Assembly (NCBI RefSeq): GCF_018350175.1
Contig: NC_058368.1
Span: 110,672,001-110,736,000 of the forward strand
Origin: Felis catus
Taxonomy: Eukaryota
Direction: 5' to 3'
DNA: 64,000 nucleotides
The notes beneath the pieces are model-generated. The model saw nothing but the letters and a program-made list of their open reading frames with translations, was not told the DNA's origin and searched no databases. The stretch's first letter is position 1; each line of letters starts with the position of its first letter. The translations under genes were made by a program, and so were the position numbers. Shown piece by piece: positions 49,700-62,856 of this stretch.

Positions 49700-50590
49700 G
49701 TGGAGGGTTTCCAATATGTCCACCTATCCCTTCACAATCCTGCCTTTAAAAAGGTGGATCCTAATCCCCCTCTCCTCCAATGTGGACCAGAGTTTTCAGG
49801 GACTTGCTTCTAATGACAAAACGCAGCAGAAGTGATGCTGTGTGGCCTCCAAGGCAGGTCTGAAAAGACACTGGAGCTTCTACCTTGTTCTCTCTAAGAT
49901 TACTGGCTCTGAGAGAAGCTGACGGCCATGTCACAGGACAGGCCACTAGAACAGCCCTGTAAGAGGCCCACGTTGGGAGTCCTCCCATCAACAACTGTTC
50001 CCATTTGTCTCAGACAGCCCCACTTTTCACAGCCAAGTCCCACAATTCAGGCAACCTCTTAGTCTAGTCCTGCGTAAATGGAGACAACTGGTAACCCTAA
50101 CAGCCAGCACTCATTTGCCAGCCACGTGAGGAACCACCTTGGAGGGGGCGCTCCTCCAGCCCAGCCATGCCTTCAGATGACTACAGCCCTAGCCAATATT
50201 TTATTTTATTTTATTTTATTTTATTTTATTTTATTTTATTTTAGAGAGAGAGCATGCATGCAAATGGGAGAGAGAAGCAGAGGGGCAGAGGGAGAGAAAA
50301 TCTGTAGCAGGCTTCATGCTCAGCGCAGAGCCCGACGTGGGGCTTGATCCCATGACCCTGGGATCAAGACCTGAGATGAAATCAAGAGTCCAACACAACC
50401 AACTGAGCCACCCAGGCCCCCCTGCCCTAGCCAACACTTTACTGCTACTTCATGAGAGACTCTGAACTCAATAACACAGCTGAATCACTCCTGAACCCTG
50501 ACCAATAGAAAATATGCAACATCATAAAGGTTGTTTTAAGCCACAACCTTTAGGGATAGTTTATTATTATGTACTAATAGGTAAGTAATA
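49700..50590. mobile_element. MLT1-like LTR interrupted by a minus-strand SINE (~50198-50420)
   Basis: MLT1-like motifs; gccctagccaa repeated either side of the SINE. Confidence 0.65.
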
Positions 50591-50854
50591 TACTCAGGAC
50601 TCTATTTCATCACATTCCTGGGTGATTTGTCTATGAATCAGCATTTATGAATCACGGATCTGGTCTTATTCCCTAAAGTAGCCCTTTCCAATAGAACTTT
50701 CTACAATATTGGGACAGTCATATATCCGTGCTGTCCACTGACTGTCACTGGCCACCTGTGGCTACTAAGCATTAGAAATGTGGCTAGTATGACTAAGGAA
50801 CTGAATTTAAATTTTGATTTAATTTTAATGAATTAAACTTTAAATAGCACATGT

Positions 50855-51491
50855 GGGGGCTCCTGGGTAGCTCAGCTGGTTGAGTGTCTGACTCTGGATC
50901 GGCTCGAGTCATGATCTCACAGTTCATGGGATAGAGCCCCACATCGGGCTCTGCGGTGACTCTGTGGAGCCTGCTTGGGATTCTCTCTCTCCGTGTCCCT
51001 CCCCCACTACTCTCTCTCTCTCTCAAAATAAATAAACATTTTTAAAATAAAAATAAAAAATAGGGGTGCCTGGGTGCCTCAGTCAGTTAAGCATCCGACT
51101 TCAGCTCAGGTCATGGTCTTGCAGTTCCTAAGTTCGAGTCTCACGTCAGGCTCTGGGCTAACAGCTCAGAGCCTGAGACTGATTGAGATTCTGAGCCTCC
51201 CTCTCTCTCTGCCCCTCCCCTGCTCACACTCTGTCTCCCTCTCTCTCTCTCTCTCTCTCAGAAATAAATAATCGTTGAAAAAAATTTTTTTTCAATGTTT
51301 ATTTTTGGGACAGAGAGAGACAGAGCATGAACGGGGGAGGGGCAGAGAGAGAGGGAGACACAGAATCAGAAGCAGGCTCCAGGCTCTGAGCCATCAGCCC
51401 AGAGCCTGACGCGGGGCTCGAACTCACGGACCGCGAGATCGTGACCTGGCTGAAGTCGGACGCTTAACTGACTGCGCCACCCAGGCGCCCC
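50855..51491. mobile_element. SINE stack: + ~50855-51060, + ~51063-51284, - ~51285-51491 (young), inside a MER3/MER33-like element
   Basis: taaatagcacatgtg flanks the stack; last two SINEs abut tail-to-tail. Confidence 0.85.
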
Positions 51492-52308
51492 GAAAATTTT
51501 TTAATAAAAATAAAAATATAAACTAATACATAAATAGCACATGTGTGTGATTCCACTAATGTAACATTCTCAAAATGATAACATAATGGAGATGGGAAAC
51601 AGTAGTGGTTACCAGGGACTAAGGGTGGGTGGTGGGAGAAAGGGTGGTAGGTGACTTTAAGGGGTGGCACATGGGAGAGCTCTGTGGTGATGGAGTAGTT
51701 CTATATCTCCATTATGGTGGTGGTTACCCAAGTCTATACATGTAGGAAAATCACATAGGATAATGCATACACTGTAGTAATGTAACGTTCCTGGTTTTGA
51801 TATTGTACTATAGGAATATAAAATGTAACCATTGAGGGCAACTGGGGGAAGGGTACATGAGACTCCTCTGTACGATTTTTGCAATAATCTACAACTACTT
51901 CACAATAAAAAGTTTTTAAAAATGTAAAAATGACATAAGCATAAAGCATCAACTAGCACATGTGGCTAGTACCCACCATGTTGGACAGTGAGGGCCTAAA
52001 TAATGTACAGGTTCCCCTAGAAGTATCTCCTGGTCCTTTAGCGTCTGTTCAGAACTTCTTGTGACAGGAAACTCACTGCCTCACAAGGTTCTATTTGGCA
52101 GCTCTAATAATAAGAACGTTCAGACTAGCAGGTCTCAGGGTAGAAAAATTTTCCCCTCAGTTCTTTGTTTGTACTGGAACCATGAATTAGGCCCAAATTT
52201 GCTGGAGCAGGACCTCTTCCCTAGGGAGCCCAAGGACCCAAAAGAAGATGCTCCAGGGGCACCCGGAGCCCTCTCTTTGAAAAAGAGAGAGAGAGAGAGA
52301 GAGAGAGT

Positions 52309-52342
<34 letters not shown>

Positions 52343-52584
52343 AGGGGAGGAACAGACAAAGAGGGAGACACAGAATCTGAAGGAGGCTCCAGGCTCTAAG
52401 CTGCCAGCACAGAGCCCAACCAGGGTTCAAACTCATGGACCACCAGATCATGACCTGAGCCAAAGTCGAATGTTTAACCAACTGAGCCACCCAGGTGCCC
52501 CAAACAAACTTTAAAATAATGAAAACTTGCAGTAAATCTATAGGGATTACATTCAACCTAGTTCCAAAAAGCATTCATTACCTA

Positions 52585-53075
52585 TGGTGAACTGAATAAT
52601 GTCCCCAAAGATATCGAGGATCCAATCCCTGCCATCTGTGAATTTTACAGATTCCTTTTATATAGCAAAAGGGACTTTGCAGATGTGCTTCAATTAAGGA
52701 CCTTGAGATAAAAAGATTATCCTGGATTATCCAGATGGATCCTGAAGGCCATTGCAGGTGTTCTTAAAAAAGAGAGTCAGAGCAGGGTTCTTTACAGGAG
52801 GAGGCCATGTGACAGTGACAGTAACACGCTGCCTGCTGGCTTTGTTGATGAAGGAAGAAGCCTGAAGCCAAAGAACACAGCTCCAGACCCTGGACAAGAC
52901 CAGGAAACAGATTCTGTCCTAGAGTCTTGGAGGGAGCATGGCCTTGACAACCTTCGTTTGGGCTCAGTGACACCATTTCAGAGTTCAGGTCCCCAGAACC
53001 AGAAGATAATCAACTTGTGCCAATTTAAGCCGCTAGATTTGTGATGATTTGTTACATAGCAGCCTTAACAAACCA
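52585..53075. mobile_element. MLT1 LTR
   Basis: tatggtgaactgaataatgtccccaaagatatc…gggactttgcagatgtg…tttaagccgctagatttgtgatgatttgttaca. Confidence 0.7.
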
Positions 53076-54177
53076 ATGGGTTACCTCACAAACTTACATC
53101 TGCGCTCACCTTTTGACCCAACAACCAACTTCTAGGAATTTACTCTGAAGACCAAGCTTCAACAACACAAATATGCATGCACGAGGCTATTCATTGCAGA
53201 ATTATTTGTAGTGGCACAACACTGGAAACCACCTAAACGTCCATGAGCGGGAGAGTGGCTGCATAAACTATGGTGGGACCACATAGTGCAGTAGCTTGCA
53301 GCCAGAAAGAAAAATAAGGAACGTAATCCAAATAGATTCCCAAGAGATATTAAGTGAAAACAAGAAAAATGCAAGAGTACCTATGGCATGCTACTTTTCA
53401 TGTGAGAAAGAAGGGAAGTGAGTATAAGAAAATATGTAAAAACATCTGCTCATGGTGCAAAGAGAAATTGAGGAAGGAGAAACTGCCAATTCATGAGACT
53501 GGTAACCTATAGGAGAGAGTGGAAACAGTGGTGACAGGGAGGGAATGACAGCAGGCAGGAGTAAAGATGGCGGAGTGCTACTTCTTTGAGCCAATCTTTT
53601 TGCCTAGTCCTTTTTTTTTTTTTTTTAGTGTTTATTTATTATTTTTGAGAGAGAGAGAGAAAAGGAGCAGGGGAGGGACAGAGAAAGCAGAACAAAAGAT
53701 CTGAAGTGGGTTCTGTGCTGACAGCAGTGAGCCCCAATGTAGGGCTCAACCTCAGGAACTGCAAGATCTTGACCAGAGCCAAAGTCAACCAACTGAGCCA
53801 CCCAGGAGGCCCTGTCTAGATCTAAGTCTTAAAACCACGGTAATACTTCACATACCAAAAAATAATAGTGATAATCATTCACATCAACCAGGATGCAGGG
53901 GAACCCCAAATGGAATAAAGATAGTAAGAAATGAATTTAATTCTATTAGAAATAAATAACAAAGCCAACCACACCAGAGGAGTGGGGAAGAAAAAAGCTG
54001 GTCCAAGTAACTTTGGAAAGCATGATTGTGATAACACATGGTAAGACCAAAGACAAAAAAGAATAGGCACCCATATTTTAGCAAGTGAATTTGTTCTTCA
54101 GAATATTATGTGCCATTCTAAAACCATTTAATATGTGGGGTGCCTAGTTGGCTCAGTCAGAAGAGCATGCAACTCTT

Positions 54178-54872
54178 ACAGCAGATGTTGGCGAGGATGC
54201 AGAGAAAGAGGACCTCTTTTGCACTGCTGGTGGGAATGCAAACTGGTGCAGCCACTCTGGAAAACGGTATGGAGGTTCCTCAAAAAATTAAAAATAGAAC
54301 TACCCTACCACCCAGCAATTGCACTACTAGGTGCAATCCAAGGGATACAGGTGTGCTGTTTCGAAGGGGCACATGCACCCCCATGTTTATAGCAGCACTA
54401 TCAACAATAGCCAAAGTATGGAAAGAGCCCAAATGTCCATGGATGGATGAATGGATAAAGAAGATGTGGTATATCTATACAATGGAGTATTACTCGGCAA
54501 TCAAAAAGAATGACATCTTGCCATTTGCAACTACGTAGATGGAACTAGAGGGTATTATGCTAAGTGAAATTAGTCAGAGAAAGACAAATATCATATGACT
54601 TCAGTCATATGAAGAATTTAAGATACAAAACAGATGAACATAAGAGAAGGGAAGCAAAAATAATATAAAAACAGGGAGGGGGACAAAAACATAAAAGACT
54701 CATAAATATGGAGAACAAATAGAGGGCTGCTGGAGGGGGTGTGGGAGGGGGGATAGGCTAAATGGGTAAAGGGAACTAAGGAATCTACTCCTGAAATCAT
54801 TGTTGCACTATATGTTAACTAACTTGGATGTAAAATTTTTAAAAATAAATAAATAGAAAAAAAAGAAAAAGC
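54178..54872 (+). mobile_element. 5'-truncated carnivore L1 (ORF2 C-terminal remnant + 3' UTR + A-tail) inserted into a short Can-SINE (54137-54970)
   Basis: [10 protein letters not shown]…[29 protein letters not shown] and CTPMFIAALSTIAKVWKEPKCPW in different frames; TSD agagcatgc(a/g)actctt at 54162-54177 and 54873-54888. Confidence 0.93.
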
Positions 54873-55002
54873 AGAGCATGCGACTCTTGATCTCTGAGGC
54901 AGTGAGTCTGAGCTCCACGTTGGGGGCAGAGTGTACTTAAAAATAAACAAACAAACAAACAAATAAAAAGTATTTTTTAATTAAAACAAAACTACTTTAT
55001 GT

Positions 55003-55460
55003 GTGTAGGAGATTGAGTTGTGTCCCCCAAAAGGATATATCTGAGTCCTAGTCCCCAGCGCCTATGAATGTGGCTTTATTTGGAAAGGGGGGTCTTTGCA
55101 GGTGTGATTAAGTTAAAGATATTGAGATGAAATTGGGCCCTGAATCCAATGATTGGCATTCTAATAAGACAAAGGAGAGGGATATTTGACACACGGGGAG
55201 AAGACCATCTGAAAACAGGGCAGAGATTGGAGTTGTGCATGTCCATGCCAAGGAATACCAAGGGTTGCTTCGGTCACCAGCAGCCAGGAGAGGCATAGGA
55301 TGGTTTCTCCCTCAGAGCCTCTAGAAGCAATCACCAAGTCTGCTGACACCTTGACTTTGGACTGCTGGCCTCCAGAACTATACAACTCCAGAAAACAATT
55401 CTGTGTTAAGCCACCCAGCTTGTGGCAATTTGTTACAGTAACCTTAGGAAACAAACACAA
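55003..55460. mobile_element. MLT1C-like LTR
   Basis: ttgagttgtgtcccccaaaagg…gaatgtggctttatttggaaa…gccaaggaataccaagg…aagccacccagcttgtggcaatttgttacag. Confidence 0.8.
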
Positions 55461-55655
55461 TGTATATACACTGAGATTGAGCACATGGGCTAATATATGT
55501 GGATAAGGAGGGCCAGGTTTCTCACTTTTGAAGAAAAGAGTTACAAATAAGGAAAGGGGAAACGTTAACATAAACCCATGGATACTGAACTGGGATCAGA
55601 GGTATGAGTATAAATTCATGATTTTTTAAGAAAGAGAGAGAAAAAGAAAGAGAGT

Positions 55656-55730
55656 GGAAGGAAGGAAGGAAGGAAGGAAGGAAGGAAGGAAGGAAGGAAG
55701 GAAGGAAGGGAAAGAGAGAGGGAAGGAGGG
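55656..55730. repeat. (GGAA)n purine microsatellite
   Basis: Directly visible, about 13 units plus degenerate flank. Confidence 0.95.
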
Positions 55731-57736
55731 ATTGGGCAGTCTACATGGACGTGTATTTCCCAGCTCTGTCCATGGAGAAGACCTAGAAGGAATGATGCTT
55801 CAGTAACAGTGAGTCCGCTTAGGAACCAGATCTTGGTTTCTACACACCATGCTCCAATAGATGAATCAGGGCTCCTTGAAAAAATGGCTGGCCCCAGGGC
55901 TGAGGCAGAGAAATTATAAGATGAACCAGGTATATTTTATAGTTCCAGAAATTACAATTTTGCAAAGGAAAAAAAAGGAGTGGGGGATAGGTGTGCACGG
56001 AACCAGCCTGAAACAGCACCCAATTGCCAAACGTGGAACAATTAGAGCAACAAAATACTTAATGATATTAATAGATTATAACCCACAGAATAAAAAAAAT
56101 ATCCATGAATCCATACTGATATAAATAAATATTTTAAAAAAATACATGGGGGAGAAGGGACAGCTCTTCCTTACATTAGAATCTCTAAAAATAAGTTAAT
56201 CATGGAAACAGAAAATCACCACTTCCAAGGGCACCTGGCAGGCCCAGTCGGTAGAGCATATGACTCTTGATCTTGGGGTTGTGAGTTTGAGCCCCAGGTT
56301 GGGCATAGAACTTCCTTTAAACAAAAAAAAGAGTAATATTAAATCATATCTATGGGTCAGGGACTGTGCCAGAGATTGGAGGCATTGTAGGAAATGCTAG
56401 ACATGGCCTCTACCCTCAAGGAGTTACAATGCATGGGGTTCACAATCCCAATAAATGATACATTTCAAATAGTGAAGAGTGCAATGGAGAACACAAAATG
56501 AGGAGAATTAGGGGAGGGTCCTAATTTACTTAGGATGGTCAGAAAAGGCCAGAGATGAGGTCTGAAAGGACTCAGAGAACACACCATGTAAATATCTGGG
56601 ACAAGAGTGGTCCAAGCAAAACAAACAGCAGGTGCAAAGACCCTGAGGTGGGAACAAGTCAGACATGTTTGAGAAGCAGCAAAAAGTTGAGTATATGTAG
56701 AGTGAAGCCAGGAAGGGTGAAGTGGTAAGAAAGGAGATTTGAAGGAAGGCAAAGTGAGAGCCTACAGGGGTTTGCCTGCCATGGTCAGGAGTAGTCACTT
56801 TATTTCTTGTCCAAATGCCTGTGACTTCTCCTCCCCATCCCACACAACATTCACCATGTGAACACATATAGGACAGCATGGGGCAGGTGATTATGAATTC
56901 AAAATAACTACACTTTAGTTCTGAAAACGTGAAAGGATTTTTGAAAAGCTATCTCAATTCTCCCAAGCCCTTTCTTGGTTCAAACTGCTATAAAACTTTC
57001 ATTTGCAGAATGTTCTGGAATGTTCTCTGAGCTTTCACCTGATTCAAACACACTCTGCACCAATTAAGTTCTTTCACTCTTTGCTAATTACCCCACAACA
57101 ACTAAAGTAGTTCTGTTTGGCATAAACATGATAGTAAGTTCCAAATCGACCTTGGATACCAAAACCTTGGGAGGGAGAGTTAGTTAATCGTCATCCAGGT
57201 AATGCAAGGTGTGTCTATGTTGACTTTTGAAAATTTTCACCGAGATAAGACACAAAATGAGCAAATGATCATAGAAACCCTGTGGACCTCAATGAAATGT
57301 CCACAGACACTAAGGCTCAATCCCAGACAGAGTTCTTTATTCACAACATTCGCCATTGTGGTGATCATGACTCACTGGTCTTCCTGTCTCGGAGTTTTCA
57401 GAGCACTGAAGCGGGTCCGCACAAAGGGAGTGAAGCACGTTCTTCAGAAAATCTCTGGAATTTCGCCCACCCTACCCATCCTTCCTCACAGGTTAGCACA
57501 GGACCGGGGAAACAACCAACTCGTGCTACCGATTATTCCTAACCGGGGCTTCACTTTGGTATTATCTGGAGAGCTCTAAAAAACACTTATGCCGGCCCAC
57601 CCCCAGAGATGACGATTTAATTGTCCTAGGATGCTCCCAACAGGAGCATTGTGAAAAGCTCCCTCTGGGTGATTCCACGTAGCAGGGTTGAGAACCTTCT
57701 GCAGCCAGGGGCAGACCTGGTTGCTATGAGAGAATA

Positions 57737-57755
57737 AGCCACCAGGTGGCGCTAG
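57737..57755 (+). promoter_or_regulatory. CTCF-binding motif (near consensus)
   Basis: agccaccaggtggcgctag versus consensus (T)GGCCACCAGGGGGCGCTA. Confidence 0.7.
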
Positions 57756-57815
57756 AAGCCGACCAAAGAAGTTTGATTGAGTTAGCACCTGCACACACCC
57801 CCCCCCCCCCCCCCG

Positions 57816-57925
57816 CCCAAATCTGAGTCTCTGGGAGGAGGCTGAATCTTCAGAACTAGAGAAGTCCGCACCCAAATCTGAGTCTCTGGGAGGAGGCTGA
57901 ATCTTCAGAACTAGAGAAGTCCGCA
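57816..57925. repeat. Perfect 55-bp tandem duplication
   Basis: cccaaatctgagtctctgggaggaggctgaatcttcagaactagagaagtccgca at 57816-57870 and 57871-57925. Confidence 0.97.
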
Positions 57926-58594
57926 CTAGCCTCTGGCCATTGAGGTTTTATTCACCCTAACAGTGTGGGATGTCAGCCCAGAGGCGTTTCCCCTAGATTT
58001 CTAAGCTGTTCCTGGTGGAGGCTCAGTGGGGGCTGCAAGGGGTCCCAGAAGCAGTACCCTCAGTGCATGCATAGCAAATTCCCAACCATCCAGGATCTGG
58101 TCAACTAAGAAAACAAAAGGGGCGGGGTCCCTGGCTGGCTTCGTGGATAGAGCATGCCACTCTTGATTTCAAGGTTATGAGTTGGAGCCCCATGTTGGGT
58201 ATAGAGATTACTTAAAAGCAAACTTAAAGCAAGTAACTTTGTTACTTAAAAACAAAAAGTTTGGTGAAGGAACACCAAAATAGACCCCTCTCGGGGCCTA
58301 GGGGTCAGGGCCTCCTTTCCTTGGGTCCACAGGAAAGTTACCTCCCCTTTTGGAAACCAAGAGAGAGACTTCTAAGCAGGCAGCACACATCTTAAAAGAA
58401 ACAACTGGTTCTACATCTCTCTAAAATGCCCTTTGAAAAAAAACCCAATTACCCCAAATGAGAAAAGGGGCACCTGAGGAAGTCATTTCTCCCTGAATTA
58501 CCTCAGCTTCCTAAAAGCTCAGCTTGAAGGTGTGTGAACCGCTTTAAATCTGGTGCAAAATTCTATGTGCATGGTTTTTTTTCCCCTTTTCTTT

Positions 58595-58799
58595 CTTTTT
58601 TTTTAAGTTGATTTCTTTATTTTGAGATCGAGAGAGAGCAGGGGGAGAGGCAGAGAGAAAGAGACAGAGAGAGAAAGAATCCCAAGAAGGTTCCACACTG
58701 TCAGTGCAGAGTCAAATGCTGGGCTCGAACTCACCAACTGTGAGATTATGACCTGGGCTGAAGTCGGACGCTTAACCAACTGAGCCACCCAGGTGCCCC
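58595..58799 (-). mobile_element. Can-SINE
   Basis: Reverse-complement head and T-tail. Confidence 0.9.
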
Positions 58800-61700
58800 A
58801 ATGTGCGTGTTTTTTTTCTCCAAAAAGAGAGCCTATAGGTTTCACAAGAAAGATGAAAAACACAAAAGATTAAGAACTTTACAAACAGATGGATTTTAAC
58901 ACAGAAATTTAAAACACTTAGGATCCAGTTAATTTATTCTGGAATAAATGTGCTCACTTTGTTCGTCTCATTGCCACAGGCCCCATGGGAGGGGAAACTC
59001 TACACCCCCTTCCTTTAGTGGTTCAAGGACTTGGCCAGCCTGGGACCCCCTTCTGAACATCTCCGGTCACCTGCAGGCTCTAGACACGATGGAGCTCATC
59101 TTGCACAGGTGACTTCTTTCCTTGGGAGATGTCAGAAAAGAGACTTCTCTGCCTGTGGGCTGAAACTCGGACTAATCTTTTGTTTCAGGAACCTGCACAC
59201 CCTACTGGAGGGGTCACGGGCCTAGTGGGGCACATCCATGGATCATAGACCCCAGACAGGGTGGGGGCCTCTACCAGACCAGAGGGAAGATGGTGAAAGG
59301 GAGCCTGGGCTGGAAGAGAGCAGATCTGATGGCCAAGGTCCCAGCAGATGTAAAGTGCTTTCCAGTGGGCCTAGGACTAGCTACTCCGGGTGGACCCTGG
59401 AAGTCGGCGTCATGAGTGTGTCCGAATCAGTGGTGCCTCCCCTGCCCCCCACTAGGACAGACACAGGGTGGAACAGAGCCTCACGGCTCATTTTACTAGG
59501 GAGGAAGCTCAAGTTCAGAGAGGGGCAGGCCTTGCCTAATGTCACACAGTGAGGGAACTCAGAGCCGTGACTCTGACCTAGGCCCCCTCCCTTCAATGTG
59601 GGGTCCTTCTGCTGGCCCCAGGGGGAATCTCCAGCTCCCAGTATCCCTGTTGATGGGGGAACTCCATGGGGCAGAGTCCACCTGGGGTGGGCTGGCCAGC
59701 CTGCCCTTCAAGGGACGGGGACACCACCCCAGCCACCACCCACCCCTCCCTATACACCCCCACATTCCCTGACCGACCTGGCCACCCTCGAAGCTCCTGG
59801 TGTGACCCATTTCCCTCACTTTCCTCTCAGCTTCAAAACAAACCAAGATGCAGACCAACATCCTTTGTTTGTTTTGGGGGATCAGAGAAAGGGGAAAGCA
59901 GCTCTGTGGGTTTGTACTTAAAAACAAAACTGCTCTGAGCTGCCCAAGCAGAAACCAAACCAAAGGTGAATTCAGAGGCCAGAAACCCTCATGGCAATGC
60001 TGTCTCAGAATGAGTCAAAGAGGGTGTGGCAGGCTCGGAAACAGGGCCGCCCAATGACCCAGCGCTAATGACTCGAGGTCAGATGGCTGCCAAAGTGGGC
60101 CCAAGGCCACAGCGACCCTGTGCTCACCCTGAGCGCTGTGGACTTGGCAGAGGACCAGGCCCTGTTAGCACCGAGAGGGGAGGAGATGGGGCATGTCAAG
60201 GAAAACCAAGCCCAATGAGTCTGAGCCTCACAGCCCCCACCTACCCCCATCTTAGCATCCCGTCAGCCCACAAGCTGGTGCTGAGTGCCCGGGGACCAGT
60301 TGAAGTGAACCTAGGCCCTGCTGGGTGGGAATTCCTGGCCAGCAGGTGAGACAGCACAGGCCCACCCAGCACTCAGCTCTCAAAGGGGGATGGCCAGACA
60401 CTGCCTCACCGCCTTGAACTTGTGTTTCCTGATGAAGCTGGACTCCCCCCCGGCCTCCATCTCCGGGAGGGAGTACGCCACAGGGCAGAAACCAGGCTGC
60501 TCCAGGCAGCTGAGGCTCTCCTGTCTCGGTACCCGACGTGTGCAGGCCCTGAGAGACAGGCCTAGGGCAGGGAGGGAGGCACTCTGCTTGGGCCTCTTTC
60601 TGAGTTTGGATGAGGGAATGGGAGTCTCAGAAGGCCGACCCACAGAGGCCCAGCTGGTGCTGTCAGATCCTGTCAAGAGCCCCGATGAGCACCGATGAGC
60701 CAGTGTGAGATGACAGGAGGACAATGGTCACCGAGAGACTCAGGGGGCAAACGGTGGGTCAGCTGACCTAGCAGAGTGGGATCATCATTATCTCATGTCC
60801 AAGAATGGCCAGAGATGTGCCCAGCTGAGTGAGAATTCCTTGCTTCTCCTGAGAGTTTCAGACACACAGTCTCATTCAAGCTTCACAACTCCCCAGGCTG
60901 GAGATGATGAGGCAACTGGGGTTCAGAGAGGCAAAGCTATTTACTCAAGGTCACCCAGCAAGCCTCACCAGGTCAACATGGGTTATACCCCTCCCAGAAC
61001 CGACCCTCTCAGAGCAGGATTCTAGACTGTGAGACTGACTGGGGGGAATCAGGAGAGGACTGGAGAGGACTCCTGACCTACGCCCTGGTTATTCTGATCT
61101 AGGATGGGGTGAGTGCCCTTGGGTCAAGTGCCTCTATTTTCCTGAGCTACCATTTTTAGCTGCTTGACTCTCATTCCTTCACCTAATCCTCCCTCAGCCC
61201 TGACAAGTGGGTACTTTCATTAGTCCACTTCGGAGATGATGAAGCTGTCTTTTCTGTTCACTACCTGCCTCCCTTCCCTATCTACCCCTTTACAAGTGGG
61301 ATTTTAGCTTGCGCCTCCTCCTTTCTAGGATAATTGCCCCCAAAGTTGGGCCTCCTCCAGGATCCGCATGAGTCGTGATTCAGGATCTGAACTTCAGAGG
61401 CTCGTCTCCCCGTGCAGGGAGGCAAACTCAGACATCTGTGCAGGGCCCCCAGTCCCCTCTCCATCCCTAGCTCCCACTGTATGCAGGTGTGTGTACCCGC
61501 CAACGGCAGCCAGCATCTGGCTACCCACCTTCTATCAGTGGGGGATCTGCCCCATCCTTCCTGCCTGGGTCCTCCTCAGCTGCTGGGCCCCACCAGGAAG
61601 CCTCCAGTGACCATGGATGTATTAAAACTGCCAAGGCCCTGCTAAGCGACCTGGCATTTCAACTCCCTCCATGGGACAGGGCCCTGTCTTCCTTCAGATC

Positions 61701-62354
61701 ACCACGTGTGTGCACACCTCTGTGCTGTGTGCACGTTCCTGTCTGAGCGTGCATTTGTGTGTGCGCTTGTATGCAGGTGCAGGTCTAGGTATGTGTGTGG
61801 GTATAGAAATGACTCTGATGTGCCCGGGCCGTGTGTGTCTCTGAATCATTCATTCATTCAACAGACATTTCTTGAGCACCTGCTCTGTGGAAGGTGCTGT
61901 GCCGGTGCTGGGAACACAGAAGAGAAGAGGACCACATGGAGCTCAGAGCCCTCATGGAGGCACCCTCAACCCCAGGCATTCTGGGGAAGGAAGGCTGTAA
62001 TTCTGCTCGGAAGCCAGAGGGCAGTTGGGGCCTTTTGAGGGGGGAGTCTCAAGACAAGGCCCAACACAAGGACCCAGCAACCCCCAACCAAGCCTGCTCG
62101 GCAAAGCCATACTGTTTTCCTCCCCTGTGGGGTTTGGCCTCCTGAATCACAGGCCACAAGACACAAAACAACAGTTCCTTCCACAGAGGATAAAGAACAG
62201 TCAGGGATCGAGACTCCTAAACAAAGTCCACAAAATCGTCAAAACAACCCCAGGCCCTGTGGCTGGGACTTGCAAGGCCTATGGAAAAAAGCACAGTGTG
62301 TACGTGGCCATCTGGCCAGCCACTCCACTTGTTTATAGAGGGGACAGCTGAAGC

Positions 62355-62856
62355 CCAGTATATTCATTTCCTGTTACTGCTGTAACTAATTACCACAAAC
62401 TTAGTGATTCAAAACAACACAAATTTATCATCTTACAGATCTGGAGGTCAGAAGTCCTAAAACCCAGGTGTCAGCAGGCCTGCATTTCTTCTGGAGGCTC
62501 CAGGAGAGAATAATGTCCTTGCCTTTTCTGGCTTCTAGAAGCTGACTGCATTCCTTGGCTGGTGACCTCATCCACCATCTCTAACACCTGCAGCAATGCC
62601 AGCACGTTCTCATCTCTCTTAAACCTCTCCTTTTCTTGTCCCATCTCTTCTGACTGACCCTCCTACCTCCCCCTTGAAGGAGCTTTGAGATTAGCCTGGC
62701 CTCACCTGGATAGTCCAAGATGCTCTCACCAGCTCAAGGTCCTTAACTCATCACATCTGTGAGGTCTCTTCCATGTAAGGGAACATATTCACAGATTTTA
62801 GGGATTAGGACACAGACATTTTAGGATGGTGGGGAACATTATTCTGCCTTCCACAG
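62355..62856. mobile_element. MLT1 LTR (opposite orientation to 55003-55460)
   Basis: tttcctgttactgctgtaactaattaccacaaacttagtg…tctggaggtcagaagtcc…gggattaggaca…cattattctgccttccaca. Confidence 0.8.

Noticed and set aside
54135..54538. ORFs with L1 ORF2-like peptides treated as a gene
   Set aside because: Frameshifted, 5'-truncated L1 remnant with a premature stop
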